From the human T2T-CHM13v2.0 reference genome, Homo sapiens, in assembly GCF_009914755.1 (NCBI RefSeq), contig NC_060947.1: 64,000 nt of DNA; one strand, written 5' to 3'. A program made the position numbers and the translations under genes. Below the pieces are notes generated by a model, which had not been told where the DNA came from, ran no database searches, and saw nothing but the letters and a program-made list of their open reading frames with translations. Within the stretch, counting starts at the first letter, position 1, and every line of letters starts with the position of its first letter. Of the stretch, positions 31,298-45,213 are shown in pieces.

Positions 31298-31920
31298 GAG
31301 GATGACACACACAGATTGCTTCCAGGTTACAAAACTGTCCCTGGCTGCAAGTCTCACCACCCAGGAGAAACCTCAGCTTCAGCAAGTCTTCTCCCACTCC
31401 AGTCCTGTGATGGGGGACAGCATAATTCTAGTGGCTAATTATAGGTGCTCTTCACACTCACCGCTAAATTCTGGCTGTGGAATCCCGTCCTTCACCTCAA
31501 AGCAAATGGTCCAGTTTCTGAATTAAAGCTACAATGACTTCAGTGGCTGCCATTGTAAGGTTGCCAAAGAAATGACCAACTTCGTGTGAGCCTTGTTTAA
31601 AAATGCTGTTCTCCTCTCAGTCCAAGGCCTGGGAAATTTTCCTAGTGTCTTTTCTCAGCCTCTCCCCAAGTTAGCTCCAGAGCTTGGGAGAAACAGGGTG
31701 CTCTTCCTTGGCCTGAGTTGCACAGATCCCTATTGGAAAGGTGAGCTACAGAGGGAACTGAGTGGCTCTTTCATGTACTGGAGCTTCACTCACTTTTATC
31801 AGTTGAATTCTGCTATGAGAGCTGCCTCATTACCTTTTCCTCTCCAAGGTCTGGGGTGTTCTCACTATTCCAATAAATTATTATTTTCCTTCTTGTATTA
31901 AGGTTCATAGAGTTGATCTT

Positions 31921-32215
31921 TTTGTTTTTATTTTTGAGATGGAGTCTCACTCTGTCGCCCAGGCTGGAGTTCAGTGGCACAATCTCGGCTCACTGCCAGC
32001 TCCGCCTCCCAGGTTCACACCATTCTCTGGCTTAGCCTCCCGAGTAGCTGGGACTACAGGCACCCACCACCACGCCCGGCTACATTTTTTTTGTATTTTA
32101 GTAGAGACGGGGTTTCACTATGTTAGCCAGGATAGTCTCTATCTCCTGACCTTGATCCACCTGCCTCAGCCTCCCAAAGTGCTGGGATTACAGGCGTGAG
32201 CCACCACGCCCAGCC
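31921..32215 (-). mobile_element. AluY-type
   Basis: ttcacaccattctc, gggactacagg, tgttagccagga diagnostics; TSD atagagttga(t/a)cttt. Confidence 0.88.
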
Positions 32216-32674
32216 TATAGAGTTGAACTTTATGTGCTATTTTGCTATTTCCAAATGGTGGAGACATGATAAAAGTCTCTAATCCACAGTTTATGAAAAA
32301 AATAATTTGTAAAAATCTGATGAGTTTCTTGGTATCAGAATCTGTGTTGCATTTATCTTTGTTTTCCCAGGATATATCACATTATTTAGTGCATAGTAGA
32401 CCACACTTGTTGGTCAGTGTTATTTATACTTTATTTTATCAATTCATGATTGTAACATGATCATAATCCAAGAGGAAAGATGTTGAGAGACTAAAAGCTG
32501 ATGTCAGAGTAGGTTGTGATACTCTGCCTGTACTAAAACAAAACAAAAACCAGCAACAACAATGAAAGACATGCAAAAGAGGGAAGAGCTAGCAACAGTA
32601 AGAATGTGTAATGTTCTACATGGAATCTAAGGATGTTTGGGGAATGGTCAGCATACTATATAAAATTATTATTT

Positions 32675-32880
32675 TTAAATACAACACTATATCCCAGAGA
32701 TTGCTTTATAAGAATATATAGAGATCTACTTAACTGCTTTTTACAACTTCATTATACTCCGTTGTGTTGACTTACCACGCCCTGTCTTTAACCTCCATCC
32801 TGTTGACAAACATTTGAGTCATTTTCAGTGTTTCACTGGTACAAATTATGATTTAATGAACACCCTTCACATGGAAATTC
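32675..32880 (-). mobile_element. Ancient L1M(E) fragment
   Basis: Degenerate tactccgttgtg...ttgacaaacatttgagtcattttcag...atgaacaccctt. Confidence 0.55.
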
Positions 32881-33584
32881 AATTTTAGGTGTTTCTGAAA
32901 ACAAACCTACTAACTGAGAAACAAATAATAACAAGATATATTGTATCTACATTTGACCAAATTAAATACTCACATCTTGGAAAATATTTAACAATTGTTT
33001 AAGGCTATCTAAAGTACTTATTTCAGTTGTTAACTCCATCATCCTATGCCTAGACTGAGAGATAAAGCTGGAGGATTTTTCCAAACCTGAATTAATGTGG
33101 AATGAACTTTTTTGAAATATTTACATCAAAACAATCTTTCAAAATACATAAATACTAGGTAATTTAACGTTAGAGCCCAATATCTTCTTACAAAGCATCT
33201 TGAATGAGAAAAATCTAAAATAAGCTAAAACAGGCTTTAACTATAATAAAACAGAAAAAAAAGAACAATTTCATTACTTAAAACTCTGAAAATATGTCTC
33301 TCTTACAGAAACATAGTAGTTCCATCAGGAAAATGGGACAATAGGTAGGTTTCCAGCTTCATTATAAAATCAATTTTTAAAGAGTAGATCAATGAAAGAC
33401 CTCAAAAATGCAAATAATTGGTCCAGGTAGCTTTAGAGACTCTCCATACTAATTGGCCTATGCATTTGGCTGGAGATTCTCTTCTGACATGATGGATCTT
33501 GCCTCAGTATTGGAAGTGTCCTTCTGAGTATTGTAAAATCTAGATGAAGGAGGTTATGCCAAGAAGGGAGCAGTAATAAATATA

Positions 33585-34183
33585 TTTAAGAAAACTAAAA
33601 ATAGAACTATCATTCTATTCAACAATCTCACTACTGGATATCTACCTCAAGGAAATCAATATGTCAAAGAAATACCTGAATTCACATATTTATTGCAGCA
33701 CAATTTACAATAGCAAATATATGGAATTAATTTAAGTGCCTATCAGTGGATGAATAGATAAAGAAAATGTGGCATATATATACAATGAATGCTATTCAGC
33801 CATGAAAAAGAATGAAACCATGTAACTTGCTACAACATGGATAGAACTGAAGGTCAATATCTTAAGTAAAATAAGCCAGGCATAAAAAGACAAATATCAC
33901 GTGTTCTCACTGGAGATAGAGGGTGAAAAGATAGTGAACAGAGACTGGAAAGAATGTGTGGGGAGAAAGTGAGAGCATGAATAGAAATGAATTAAAGGGC
34001 AAAAATATACAGTTAGATAGAAAAAACAAATTCAATGTTTGATAGCAGTGTAGGGTGACTATAGTTAAAAAGGCATCATACTCAGAAGATGGACACCTTA
34101 AATGTCCTGACTTGATCACGATGCGTTATGTACATGTAACAAAATTTCACATGCACCACATAAATGTGAACAAATTTTTAAAA
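33585..34183 (+). mobile_element. L1MA-type 3' end
   Basis: aactaaaaatagaacta...atacagttagatagaaaaaacaaattc...catgtaacaaaatttcacatg. Confidence 0.8.
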
Positions 34184-34483
34184 GTTGGGCTGGTTGTGGT
34201 GGGCCATGCTTGCAATCCCAGAGCTTTGGGAGGCTGAGTTGGGAGGGTTGTTCAAGGCCAAAATTTGATAACAGCCTGGGCAAAATAGCAAGACCCCATT
34301 TCAACAAAAAAATAAAAAAAATACATTTAAAAATTAGCTGGATGTGGGGGTGTGCACCTTCAGGTAGTCCTAACTACTTGGGAGGCTGAGGCTGGAGAAT
34401 CACATGAGACCAGTTCAAGGCTGCGGTGAGCTTTGATCAGGACAGATCATGTCTCTACAAAAAAAAAAAAAAAAAAAAAAAAA
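34184..34483 (+). mobile_element. AluJ, degenerate with deletion in right arm
   Basis: cagcctgggcaaaatagcaagacccc and gttcaaggctgcggtgagc AluJ diagnostics; long A tail. Confidence 0.85.
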
Positions 34484-35369
34484 GGAAAACAGAGAAATAG
34501 ATTTGTGAGCTAAGGCATTAAAAAGAAAAGCCTCATTTGTAGGTGCTAGAAAAGAATGAATATAAGTTAATCTAGCATTTTTATACTTATTTCACAAATC
34601 TTGGTAAATCACTACACTTATAGCTAAATATTTGCCTTATCAGGAATAATTTTGTGCTTCTAATATTCTCTAGTTTATTAATGTTTCTGAATTCTTGACT
34701 GCTTGATTTCTTATGAGCCCTTTCACTAAAAAACATAGTTTGTTGTTTGTTTCCCCCTTAACCCATATATATATATAGCTTTACAATGTTTCCTGGGGAA
34801 GAAAGGAAAACAATTTGCTGAAAGAATGCTTTCAGTATTGCCAGCATTGTCAGAGAATTTTACCTTTTGATAAGACGCAGGAAAGGAAGAGAAAGCCTAG
34901 AAGAGTGAAGGAGTGGCAGAGAGAACTGAAGAAATAAGAAGGGAAAAGATGGCGTTCAAAGTAATGATGACATAAAAATTGAATTAGTCAGGCTGTCAGA
35001 CCATAACAAAAGAAGCTACATAGACTTTTGCTATATAAAAATTTAAAAAAATGTGGACACCCTTCAATGCTTCTTTCCTTCCCCAATAAACATGAATAGC
35101 TCTGGAACTTTCATTTAAAATATACTAGCTCAGCCATGGTTACACATTAGAAAGGTTACTTCTTCTAAGTCAGGTGTTCAGTAAAGGAAATGTCACTTAA
35201 GGCCTCTTTGCATTTAAATGTGGCATAGCTTTAATGCTAATTCCATAATGGAATGTTTAAACATTATCTGAATAATGTAAAGACGATCTCTGGGGAAAAA
35301 AAATTTACACCTAGTTGCAACTAAAAATCATAAAAAATTGTCAATATTCAACCATCCAGAAAACCTCTT

Positions 35370-35775
35370 TCCACCTAGTTTCCTCTACCCCAGCTATACT
35401 GATTTTGCTCTTTCTCCAACATGCCAAATTTCTTGTTTCTTATAAACCCAAATTTGCACTTACTCTTCTTTGTAGGTGACACACTCTGTCCCGAGGTCAC
35501 CCATGACTTGCTCCTTCATTTCATTCAGGTATTTGCTCAAATATCCACTACTACTAAGATTTCTTTTCTGACTACCCTTTCGAAAAATGGCATTTGTAAC
35601 ACTCTTTACTCCTATTTTGCTTTATTTTTCCTCATAACACATAACACTGCCTGTTATATTAAATTTATTTATATACAGTCTTTCTTCACTATACTATATA
35701 ATCCACTGGAAAGGGATTATATCTTTTTTTCTTCACTTCTATCTTATCATTTTTCCAAACAGTGTTTAGCACATA
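35370..35775 (+). mobile_element. L2 3' end
   Basis: ttctccaacatgccaa...cttgctccttcatttcattcagg...cagtgtttagcacat. Confidence 0.65.
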
Positions 35776-35789
35776 TTAAAATAAAATTT

Positions 35790-36330
35790 ATCATTTATTC
35801 AGTGCTTACTATGTGTCAGGTACTTTGCTAAATAGTTTGCATTAACTTATTTAATTCCTAAAACAGCTATTATTATTTCCACTTTAGAGGAAAAAGAAAG
35901 CAAAGTGAGTTAATTAACATGACAAAATTTACATCTAGTAAATAAGCCAAAATTCAAACACAGAGCACAATATTATATGGCTTTTCACTGGTAATAGATG
36001 TTCGATACTTGTTAAACGAAGACCCTTTGGCTTAAAGTGATACGCTAACGTTAATATCTCAAATAGTATCTTAGCTTCCAGTGGACATCAATGTAATTCA
36101 TAATTTTGTATTTATATTTAGAGCACCAAATGAAATATATGAAAACAACTTTCAAGGCAACAAGTTATTTGCCATGTTAAAGTGAGCTCTTACTTGTTGG
36201 CAGGCATTTTTCCATATATTATATGATTTAATCCTCATGACAACCCCAAAAGGTTAAGTACTACCTGCTCTATTTTACAAATGATGAAACTGAGGCCAAG
36301 TTCAGGGACGCATAAGGCCACATAGCAAAA
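35790..36330 (-). mobile_element. Two MIR fragments (~35790-35985 and ~36180-36330)
   Basis: catttattcagtgcttactatgtgtcagg; tttaatcctcatgacaaccc...attttacaaatgatgaaactgagg. Confidence 0.7.
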
Positions 36331-37224
36331 ACTGTTTCCATTGGTTCTAAGGCCTTAAAAAAAAAAAAACATTTTAACATCTTTGCAGTTGGGGTGCATC
36401 TTTAAAGTCTTTGGCTTCTAACAAATAAAATTGCCCACTTTATTTTTTTATCTCTTAGTAGTACATAAAGAAATGATGAATCTGAAAATTAATTGGCATC
36501 TTATAATTATGGCATATGATAAGGGGCAATGATAGTATGCAAATGCATGCAGAAGTGACCAAACTTTTAACCATTATGCTATGCTGCTGACTGTTGTCTT
36601 GCTTGATTTCTAATTCTGATATCAGTTACCCTTCTCTTGTGGCAGGCAATATAATTAACCACTGTGGAGCTTCAGTAGTAGACAAACGCAGAAATACTCA
36701 AAGTCTGTCTACCTCCTAAGGCCTACTATTGAGGATATGTGGTCTTAGTAACCTAGGATTCTTATACTTTTGGGTTTTACATTTAAGTCTTTAATCCGTC
36801 TTGAGTTAATTTTTGTGTAAGGTGTAAAAAGGGGGTTCAGTTTTCATTTTCAGCATATGGCTAGCCAGTTCTCCCAGCACCATTCATTAAATAGGGAATC
36901 CTTTCCCCATTACTTGTTTTTGTCAGGTTTGTTGAAGATCAGATGGGTGTACATGTGCAGTCTAATTTCTGAATTATTTATTCTGTTCCATTGGTCTATG
37001 TGTCTATTTTTATATCAATATCATGCTGTTTTGGTTACTGTAGCCTTGTAATATAATTTGAAGCCTGATGCCTCCAGCTTTGTTCTTTTTTGCTATGCAA
37101 AAAGAACAAAGCTGTTCTTTGATTTTGGCTATACAGGCTCTTTCTTGGTTCCATATGAATTTTAAAATAGTTTCTTCTAATTTTGTGATGAATGCCAATG
37201 GTAGTTTAATGGGAATAGCATTGA

Positions 37225-37573
<349 letters not shown>

Positions 37574-38789
37574 AGTATGGCCATTTTCACAACATTGATT
37601 TTTTTCTGTCCATGAGCGTAGAATGTCTTTCCATTTGTTTGTGTCCTCTCTTATTTCCTTGAGAAGTGATTTGTAGTTCTCCTTGAAGAGGCTCTTCACT
37701 TCCCTTGTTAGCTGTATTCCTAGATATTTTATTTTCTTTGTTATCAATTGTGAATGGTTCATTAATGATTTGGCTCTCTACTTGCCTGTTGTTGGTGTAT
37801 AGGAATGCTTGTGACTTCTCTACATTGATTTTGTATCTTGAGACTTTGCTGGAGTTGCTTATCAGCTGGAGAAGCTTTTGGGCTGAGACAATAGGGTTTT
37901 CTTGATACAGGATTATGTCATCTGCAAACAAAGACAATTTGACTTCCTCTCTTCCTATTTGAATACCTTTATTTCTATCTCTTGCCTAATTGCCCTGCCC
38001 AGAACTTGCAATACTACATTGAATGGGAGTGGTGAGATTAGGTATCTTTGTCTTGTGCCCCTTTTCAAGGAGAATGCCTCCAGCTTTGCCCATTCAGTAT
38101 GATATTTGCTGTGGGTTTGCCATAAATGACTGTTATTATTTTGAGATATGTTCCTTCAATAGCTAGTTTATTGAGAGTTTTTAACAAGAAGGAATGTTGA
38201 ATTTTATTGAAGACCTTTTCTACGTCTATTAAGATAATCATGTGGTTTTTTTGTCTTCTGTTCTGTTTATGTGATGAATTATGTTTATTGATTTGTGTAT
38301 GCTGAACTAGCCTTGCATCCCAAAAATGAAGACAACTTGATCGTGGTGAATAAGTATTTTGATGTGCTGCTGTATTTAGTTTGCCAGTATTTTATTGAGA
38401 ATTTTTGCATCAATGCTTATCAGGGATATTGGCCTGAGGTTTTTTTTTTTCTTTTCCAAGTTTTGGTATCAGGATGATGCTGGACTCATAGAATGTGTTA
38501 CGGAGGAGTCCCTTCTTTGTAATTGTTTATAATAATTTCAGAAGTAAGGGAGTCATACTTCTGTTAGAATTCAGTGGTAAATCCATCTTGTCCTGGGCAT
38601 TTATTACTGCGTCAATTTCAGAACTTCTTATTGATCTATCCAGAGATTCAATTGTTTTCTGGTTCAGTTTTGGGAAGGTGTGCGTGTCCAGAAATTTATC
38701 CATTTCTCCTAGATTTTCCAGTTTATTTGCATAGAGGTGTTTATAGTATTCTCTGATGGTTGTTTGTATTTCTGTGGGGTCAGTGGTAA

Positions 38790-38986
38790 TGAGATGTGAC
38801 AACGTACTAGCAGCCCTCGCCCGCTCTTGGTGCCACCTCAGCCTCAGCATCCACTCTAGCCATGCTTGAGGAGCCCTTCTGCCCACTGCTGCATTGTGGG
38901 AGCCCCTCTCTGGGCTGGCCAAGGCTGGAGCCAACTCCCTCTGCTTGCGGGGAGGTATGGAGGGAGAGGCGTGGGTGGGAACCAGG
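38790..38986 (+). mobile_element. 5' stub of LTR12 (LTR12D/E-like, HERV9)
   Basis: tgagatgtgacaacgtactagcagccctcgc...tgaggagcccttc...gggctggccaaggctggagcc. Confidence 0.85.
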
Positions 38987-41900
38987 TATCTGTGTATTCC
39001 TGTATTGGCTGCATATATACCTATGAAAGTTAGCTCCTCTTCTTGAATTGACCTCTATACCATTATGTAATGCCCTTTTTTGTCTTATTGATCTTTTATT
39101 TGTTTAAAGTCTGTTTTGTCAGAAACTAAGATTGAAACCCCTGCTTTTTTCTGTTTTCCATTTGCTTGGTGACTTTTTCTCTTTTTATTTTGACTCCTTG
39201 TGTGTTTTTGCATGTGAGATGGGTCTCTTGAATACAGCACATCAATGGGTATTGACTCTTCAGCTTCCCATTCTGTGTCTTTTAACAGGGCATTGAGACC
39301 ATTTACATTTAAGGTTAATATTGTTCTGCATGAATTTGATTCTGTAATCATAATGTTAACTGGTTATTCAGCAGACTTGTTTATGTATTTGCTTCATAGT
39401 GTCACTGGCCTGTGTACATCAGTATGTTTTTATAGTTGCTGGTAATGATTTTTCCTTTCCATATTTAGCTCTTCCTTCTGGAGCTCTTGCAAGGTAGGCC
39501 TGGTAATGACAAATTTCCTCAGCATTTCCTTGTCTGAAATAGACTTGAATTTTCCTTCACTTATGAAGCTTAGTTTGGCAAGATATAAAATTCTAAGTTG
39601 GAAATACTCTTTTTTAAGAATGTTGAATATTGACCCCCAATCTCTTCTGGCTTATAGGGTTTCCACTGAGAGGTTACTGTTAGTTTTCTGGGCTTCCCTT
39701 TGTAGGTGGCCTGGCCTTTCTCTTTGGATGCTCCTAATATTTTTTCCTTCATTTTGACCTTGGAGAATCTGATCATTGTGTCTTTGGGTTGATCTTCTCA
39801 TGGAGTGTCTTACTGAAGTTTTCTGATTTTCTGAGTTTGAATGTTGTCCTTTCTTGCTAGGTTGGGGAACTTCTCCTGGATGATATCCTGAAATGTGTTT
39901 TCCAACTTGGTCCTGTTCTCCCCATCTCTTTCAGGTACCCCTATCAGTCATATGTTTGGTCTTCTTACATAATCCCATAGTTCTCAGAGGTTTTGTTTGT
40001 TTCTTTTTATTCTTTTTTCTCTAGTCTTTTCTGCCTGTCTTATTTCAGCAAGATAGTGTTCCAAACTCTAATATCCTTTCTTCAAGTGTATCCAAATACA
40101 CTTGATGTATTTGGCTATTGATACTTGTATTTGCATTATGAAGTTATCGTGTTGTGTTTTTCAGCTCCATCAGGTCATCTGGGTTCTTCTGTAAACTGGT
40201 TGTTCTGGTTAACAGCTCCCATAATGTTTTATAAAGATATTTAGCTTTCTTGCAATGAGTTAGAAAATACTCCTTTAGCTGAGCAAAGTTTATTATTATC
40301 CATCTTCTCAAGTCTATTTCTGTCAATTCATGCATCTCAGCCTCAGCCCAGTTCTGTGCCCTTGCTGGAGCCATGTTGCCATCATTTGGAGGGGGAGGCA
40401 TTCTGTTTTTTTGAGTTTTCAGCATTTTTGCATTGATTATTTCTTGTATTCATGGGTTTATCTAGCTTTGATCTTTGAGGCTGCTGACATTTGGATAGGG
40501 TTTTTGTGGGATCTTTTTTGTTGATGTTGTTGTTGCTGTCTGTTTGTTTTTCTTTTAGTAATCAGGCCCCTCTTCCACAGGGCTGCTGCAGTTTGCTGGG
40601 GGTCCACTCCAAACCCTATTTTCCTGGGTCCCTCCCACCCCTGAAGGTATCACCAGTACAGGCTGCAGAACAGCAAAGATGGCAGCCTGCTCCTTCCTTT
40701 GGGAGTTCTGTCCCAGAGGGACACTGACGTGATGCTGACTGGAACACTCATCTATGAGATGTTTAAAGACTCCTGTGGGAGGTCTCACCCAGTCAGGAGG
40801 AGTGGGATAAGATACCCACTTAAATAAGCAATCTGGCTGCCTCTTGGTGGAGCAGGTGTGCTGCACTTGGGGGAATCCCCCTTGTCTGGGCTGCCCTGAC
40901 TCTTCAGAGCCAGCAGGCGGAAAAGACTAAGACCACTTATCCATGATATCACAGCCACCCCTCCTCCTAGGGGCTCCTCTCAGGGATATCAGAGTTCTGT
41001 TCATAAACCCCAGGCTAAGAATGCTGAAATTCCTGATGTCAGGCCAGTGAGGAGGAGTGAATTGGAGTCCTGCTTAAAGAAGCAGTCTGGCCATGAACTG
41101 TCCCAGCTTCAGTGCTGCATTGTTGGTAATTGCTCCTAATCCAAACTGCCCAGTTTCACTGCCACCAGTGGCAGGGGAAAATGGCCAACTGGAGCTGCAG
41201 TGATGGCCACTGCCCCTCCCCACCCAGAACTCCATCTTCTTAGGCAGTCTCCAGCTTGCTGTACTGGCCAGCAGGGATTCCAAGCCAGTGGGTTTTTGTT
41301 TGTAAAGTTCCATGGAAATGGGGCCTGCTGAGCGAGGCTGCTTGGCTCTCTGGCTTCAGCCCCCTTCCCACAGCAATGGATGGATCTCCTGCCTCACTAA
41401 AGTTCCCAGAGCCAAAGTATGCAAAAACTCCTGTGTCTCAGTGCCTGCTTGACAGGCCACCCACCCTAGCAGCTGTCATTAGTTTGCCCAGCTCTGTGCT
41501 TGGGACACAAGGCCCTGATGGTGTGGGCTCATAAGAGGACCTCCTGATCTAAGGGTTTCAGGGAGCCATGGTAAAGTGTGGTTTACAGGGAGGGGTAGCA
41601 CAATCTCTCACCACCTCCCTTGGCTGGGGGAGAGGGCTACCTTTGCCTTGTACAGTTCCCGGGAGGTCCCTCACTCCACCCTGCTTTTCTTCACTCTCCG
41701 TGGGTGACACCAACCGCCTAGTCAGTCCCAATTAGAAAACCTTAGTACCTCAATTTAAGATGTAGAATTCACTTGCTATTTTCATACTTCTCAGTGGGAG
41801 CCACAGAGCAGAGCTGTTTCTATTTGGTCATCTTGGCTCCTCCTTACTTTCTTTTTCTTAAACTAGAATATATCTTCACTTTTCAATTATTCCCATTATG

Positions 41901-42212
41901 TCAGTAAATGGTACACATTTATGCAATTAACTTTTGGCTAATAAAGTGCAGAATATTTTCATTAACCTTACTTTGCAAGAGTGGTCAATTAATACTTCTG
42001 GTAGAATTTGTGGTATATTTGGAGGTTGGCATTTGTCAAAGGAAATACATTGATGTTTTTATGTAAATATAAAGCATGATTAGAATATATTATTCAAAAA
42101 ATACATGATTGTGATAAATAGTGTTTAAAATTATCCATGTAAAACAATTTTTTAATAGAATTAAGTAGATGATAGATAATATTGCTACATTTCTGGTGCT
42201 CTGTATTCTAAC

Positions 42213-42418
42213 AAGTAGTGTGCTGGCAAATGATTAACAACTACCTCTTTGGGGGATGGGGAAACAAAGTACTGGTTGTAGTGTTTGTTGATTCCCTCTG
42301 TTTAAGTATTCTCAACATGGACAATTTTAGAATACCAACATGGCATGAACTGACTCACAAAATTCCTCAAAATTTAAGTTATATCAAGCTGGTATAAGTT
42401 GATTCCAGCACATCAGTG
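42213..42418 (-). mobile_element. MER63A-like hAT MITE
   Basis: TIRs agtagtgtgctgg / ccagcacatcagtg; 8-bp TSD attctaac/atcctaac; 206 bp. Confidence 0.8.
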
Positions 42419-42604
42419 ATCCTAACAAACTCAGGCACTACTAGATCTTAAATTCATCTGGGTCTTTCTAATTAATTAGCTTAATACTGGAGCTACCAAA
42501 CAACACTCTACACTGCAGCTTCCTCTTCATTTCTGCACTTTGATCTATAATCTGTAAATATCTAGATAAAGCTCATTAATTAGTTTTAAGTAACTAGCTC
42601 CTCA

Positions 42605-42760
42605 GCTAATATTCTTTGTTAGCTGAGGAGGAGTCTGCCGTGTACATTGTAGAATGTTTGGCAACATCCCTGGTCTCTACTCACTCAATGCCAGTAGCAC
42701 CTCTTAGCTATGATGATCAAAAATGTCTCCAGACATAGCTAAGTGTCACCTGAGAGGGGT
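42605..42760 (+). mobile_element. MER20 fragment (hAT-Charlie)
   Basis: cattgtagaatgtttggcaacatccctggtctctac...atgccagtagcac...aaaaatgtctccagaca. Confidence 0.8.
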
Positions 42761-45213
42761 CACTTTCTGCTTTTCTGTGATAGATGGATAGATAGATATA
42801 GAGATATATGAATAATATTAGTGAATTATAGGAAATGATCAAAGGAAGGCTCACAGGCTGTTTATATGGCACAAACCAATTGCAAGGAAACTAAAGAATA
42901 TAGTTAATCTTTTGGATATTTCCAAATATCTAGATATGAATCACCAAATAGGCAAAACATCTGTGAGTCAGACTGAATTTTTCCAGTTTTCATCTGGAAG
43001 ATTATCATTCTGTAAATATGTTTCATATCTCATTGGTCAAATGACTATGTCTGTGTAATAGATAACACTGGTTCAGAAATCTGTTGATATGGTATTTTGA
43101 GCTGTCTTACAGTCTAATTTGAATCAAAGCTCAGCTGCTCTGACTTAGTATGCAAATTGAAATGATGTACAAGAAAAAATTATGTATTGATTTTTTAGTC
43201 ACACTTTGATGCTATAGCTCAAGATCAGTACTCTCACCAATTGTGTATTTTTTATCTTTCATTATTTGCCATAAATAGTTTTAAAAATATAGGGAAGTTC
43301 ATATTAATTTAATGAGAAAAAGCTAAAAGTTGTAAATCTTAGACATTAAACTAATTTCTCTCTCTCTCTCTCTCTCTCTAATTTATTCCTTTATGGCAAG
43401 CTTATCTCATCTCTTTTCACTGGCTTACACACTTTCAAAAGTAGAAACTTTCTTCCCTAGACATTTCCATTTTGGATATCATCACTGAAGCATATACCTT
43501 AACCTGGGGATATGAACATTATATGGCTCCCTATAAGAACATCACTTTCATAATGGCGCAGTGGGGAACCTTCCCAAAGCTTTTGTGTGTATCTCTACAT
43601 GGAGACAAATTTCAAAATATAGGAAGCCAATTCTAAGTAAGCATAAAGCTCACCTTAGCAGCAACGGAAGGATCAACCTCAATTTACTTTTCTACTTTAT
43701 GTACTGGTAGTGGTAGTTATACTAGTTGCTACTATTTTGGTACAAGGGAATGGAAAAAAGAACTCCTTATTTTTTTACTCTTACCTCATGTGAACAAACG
43801 TTTTCTTTGCCTGAGGAAAGTTTGACTCAAAATTAGCCTTATTTTCCTCACAGAATTGTTGAGTGGCTTTATATTATTTTAATCTTTGACGCTTAATGAT
43901 ATCAGAAATAAACTGAGATCTAGAAAAAAAAAAGATCCTCTCTAACATATTCAATTTCTTAAGCACATTTACATCTTTGATCATTAATGAACTCAGCACA
44001 ACCAAGTGAACCTGGATTTTGAGGGGAATATCCTATATTAATATAGGAAGAACTAAACAAATAATACAACTTAAATATACAGAGCTGTTTTCTTAATGTG
44101 ACTATTAGATTTGATTTCAATAGAATTTATCTTATTTCAAATTATTATTTATTCGACAAAAGTTACTTAATCGTGGAGTGACAGAAAAACATTTTGAAAC
44201 CCTAATTTCTACATTTTTTTATTTTGAAATTAACATATGCGACATATTCTTTAGAATAAAGCACAATCTATTGTATACTTATATTTGTTTTTGCACTTTC
44301 GACATTTTCCCATCAATTATCTCACAGAACTTGGCAGAGCACCAAATTAATCATAATCTGTGTTGTGGGCTCTTGTATCTATTTTGGGGGCATCCTGTTT
44401 TATTATTTTCCATGGGAGATTGCATTTTCTTGAATTCAGAAGACTATTAGAGATTTATATTCAACTTGATGCTTCACAGTGACTCATTGTGTATACCATC
44501 TGAAATGCATGGCCAGAGATTTAATAAATAAAGAACAGAAATGTCAAGCTTAATTCTAAATCATCATGTCTGACAAACATTTAGCAAACTTTGCAAGATT
44601 TTTATGCTTCATTGTGTTCTACGGAAACAGATGAATTTATGATTTAGTCTCTTTTGCATTTTAGATGCTTCTATAATAAACTTGGCAGACAAGTAATTAC
44701 TACCTTTTGACAATGGATGTAATGCACAGTTGAGTTGCAGTATAAGAATAATAAGTACATAAAATAAACTCACCAGCTAAATAGTGTATTACTGAGTCCG
44801 ATATAAGTATGCCTCCTAGAAGAAAATCTTTTTTGGCATGAATATTCCTAAAGAGTATGGTCAATCACAGAAATTAAATGAGAATACTGAATTTCCAGAT
44901 GTATAATTGAGTAATTTTCTCCTCAAATTACTCTGTGCATCTTAACAAGATGCAATTAGTATATTCTCAACTCATATTTTCAGATAAATGTACTGTTACA
45001 TTCCCTAAAAGTATAAGACAATTAACTATTTACTAGTCAATATTAAATGTCCTTTTATTAATGACACATTTTATAGGAAGAGAGAAATTCATTCATGCCT
45101 TTAACATACTTTAAAAATTATTTTTATATAGCAACTTTTATTAGTTTAATATAAAAGTAGAAATATAAGATATAAATTATAGCTGCTGCAAAATAGTTTT
45201 GAAAATTATACAC

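Noticed and set aside
33400-33560. Possible minus-strand terminal exon (ttcatctag acceptor, frame FYNTQKDTSNTEARSIMSEENLQPNA*)
   Set aside because: Short, weak polypyrimidine tract and no recognisable homology; cannot be supported without transcript data.
35421-35831. 136-aa hydrophobic ORF
   Set aside because: Coincides with a T-rich L2/MIR fossil; compositional artefact.
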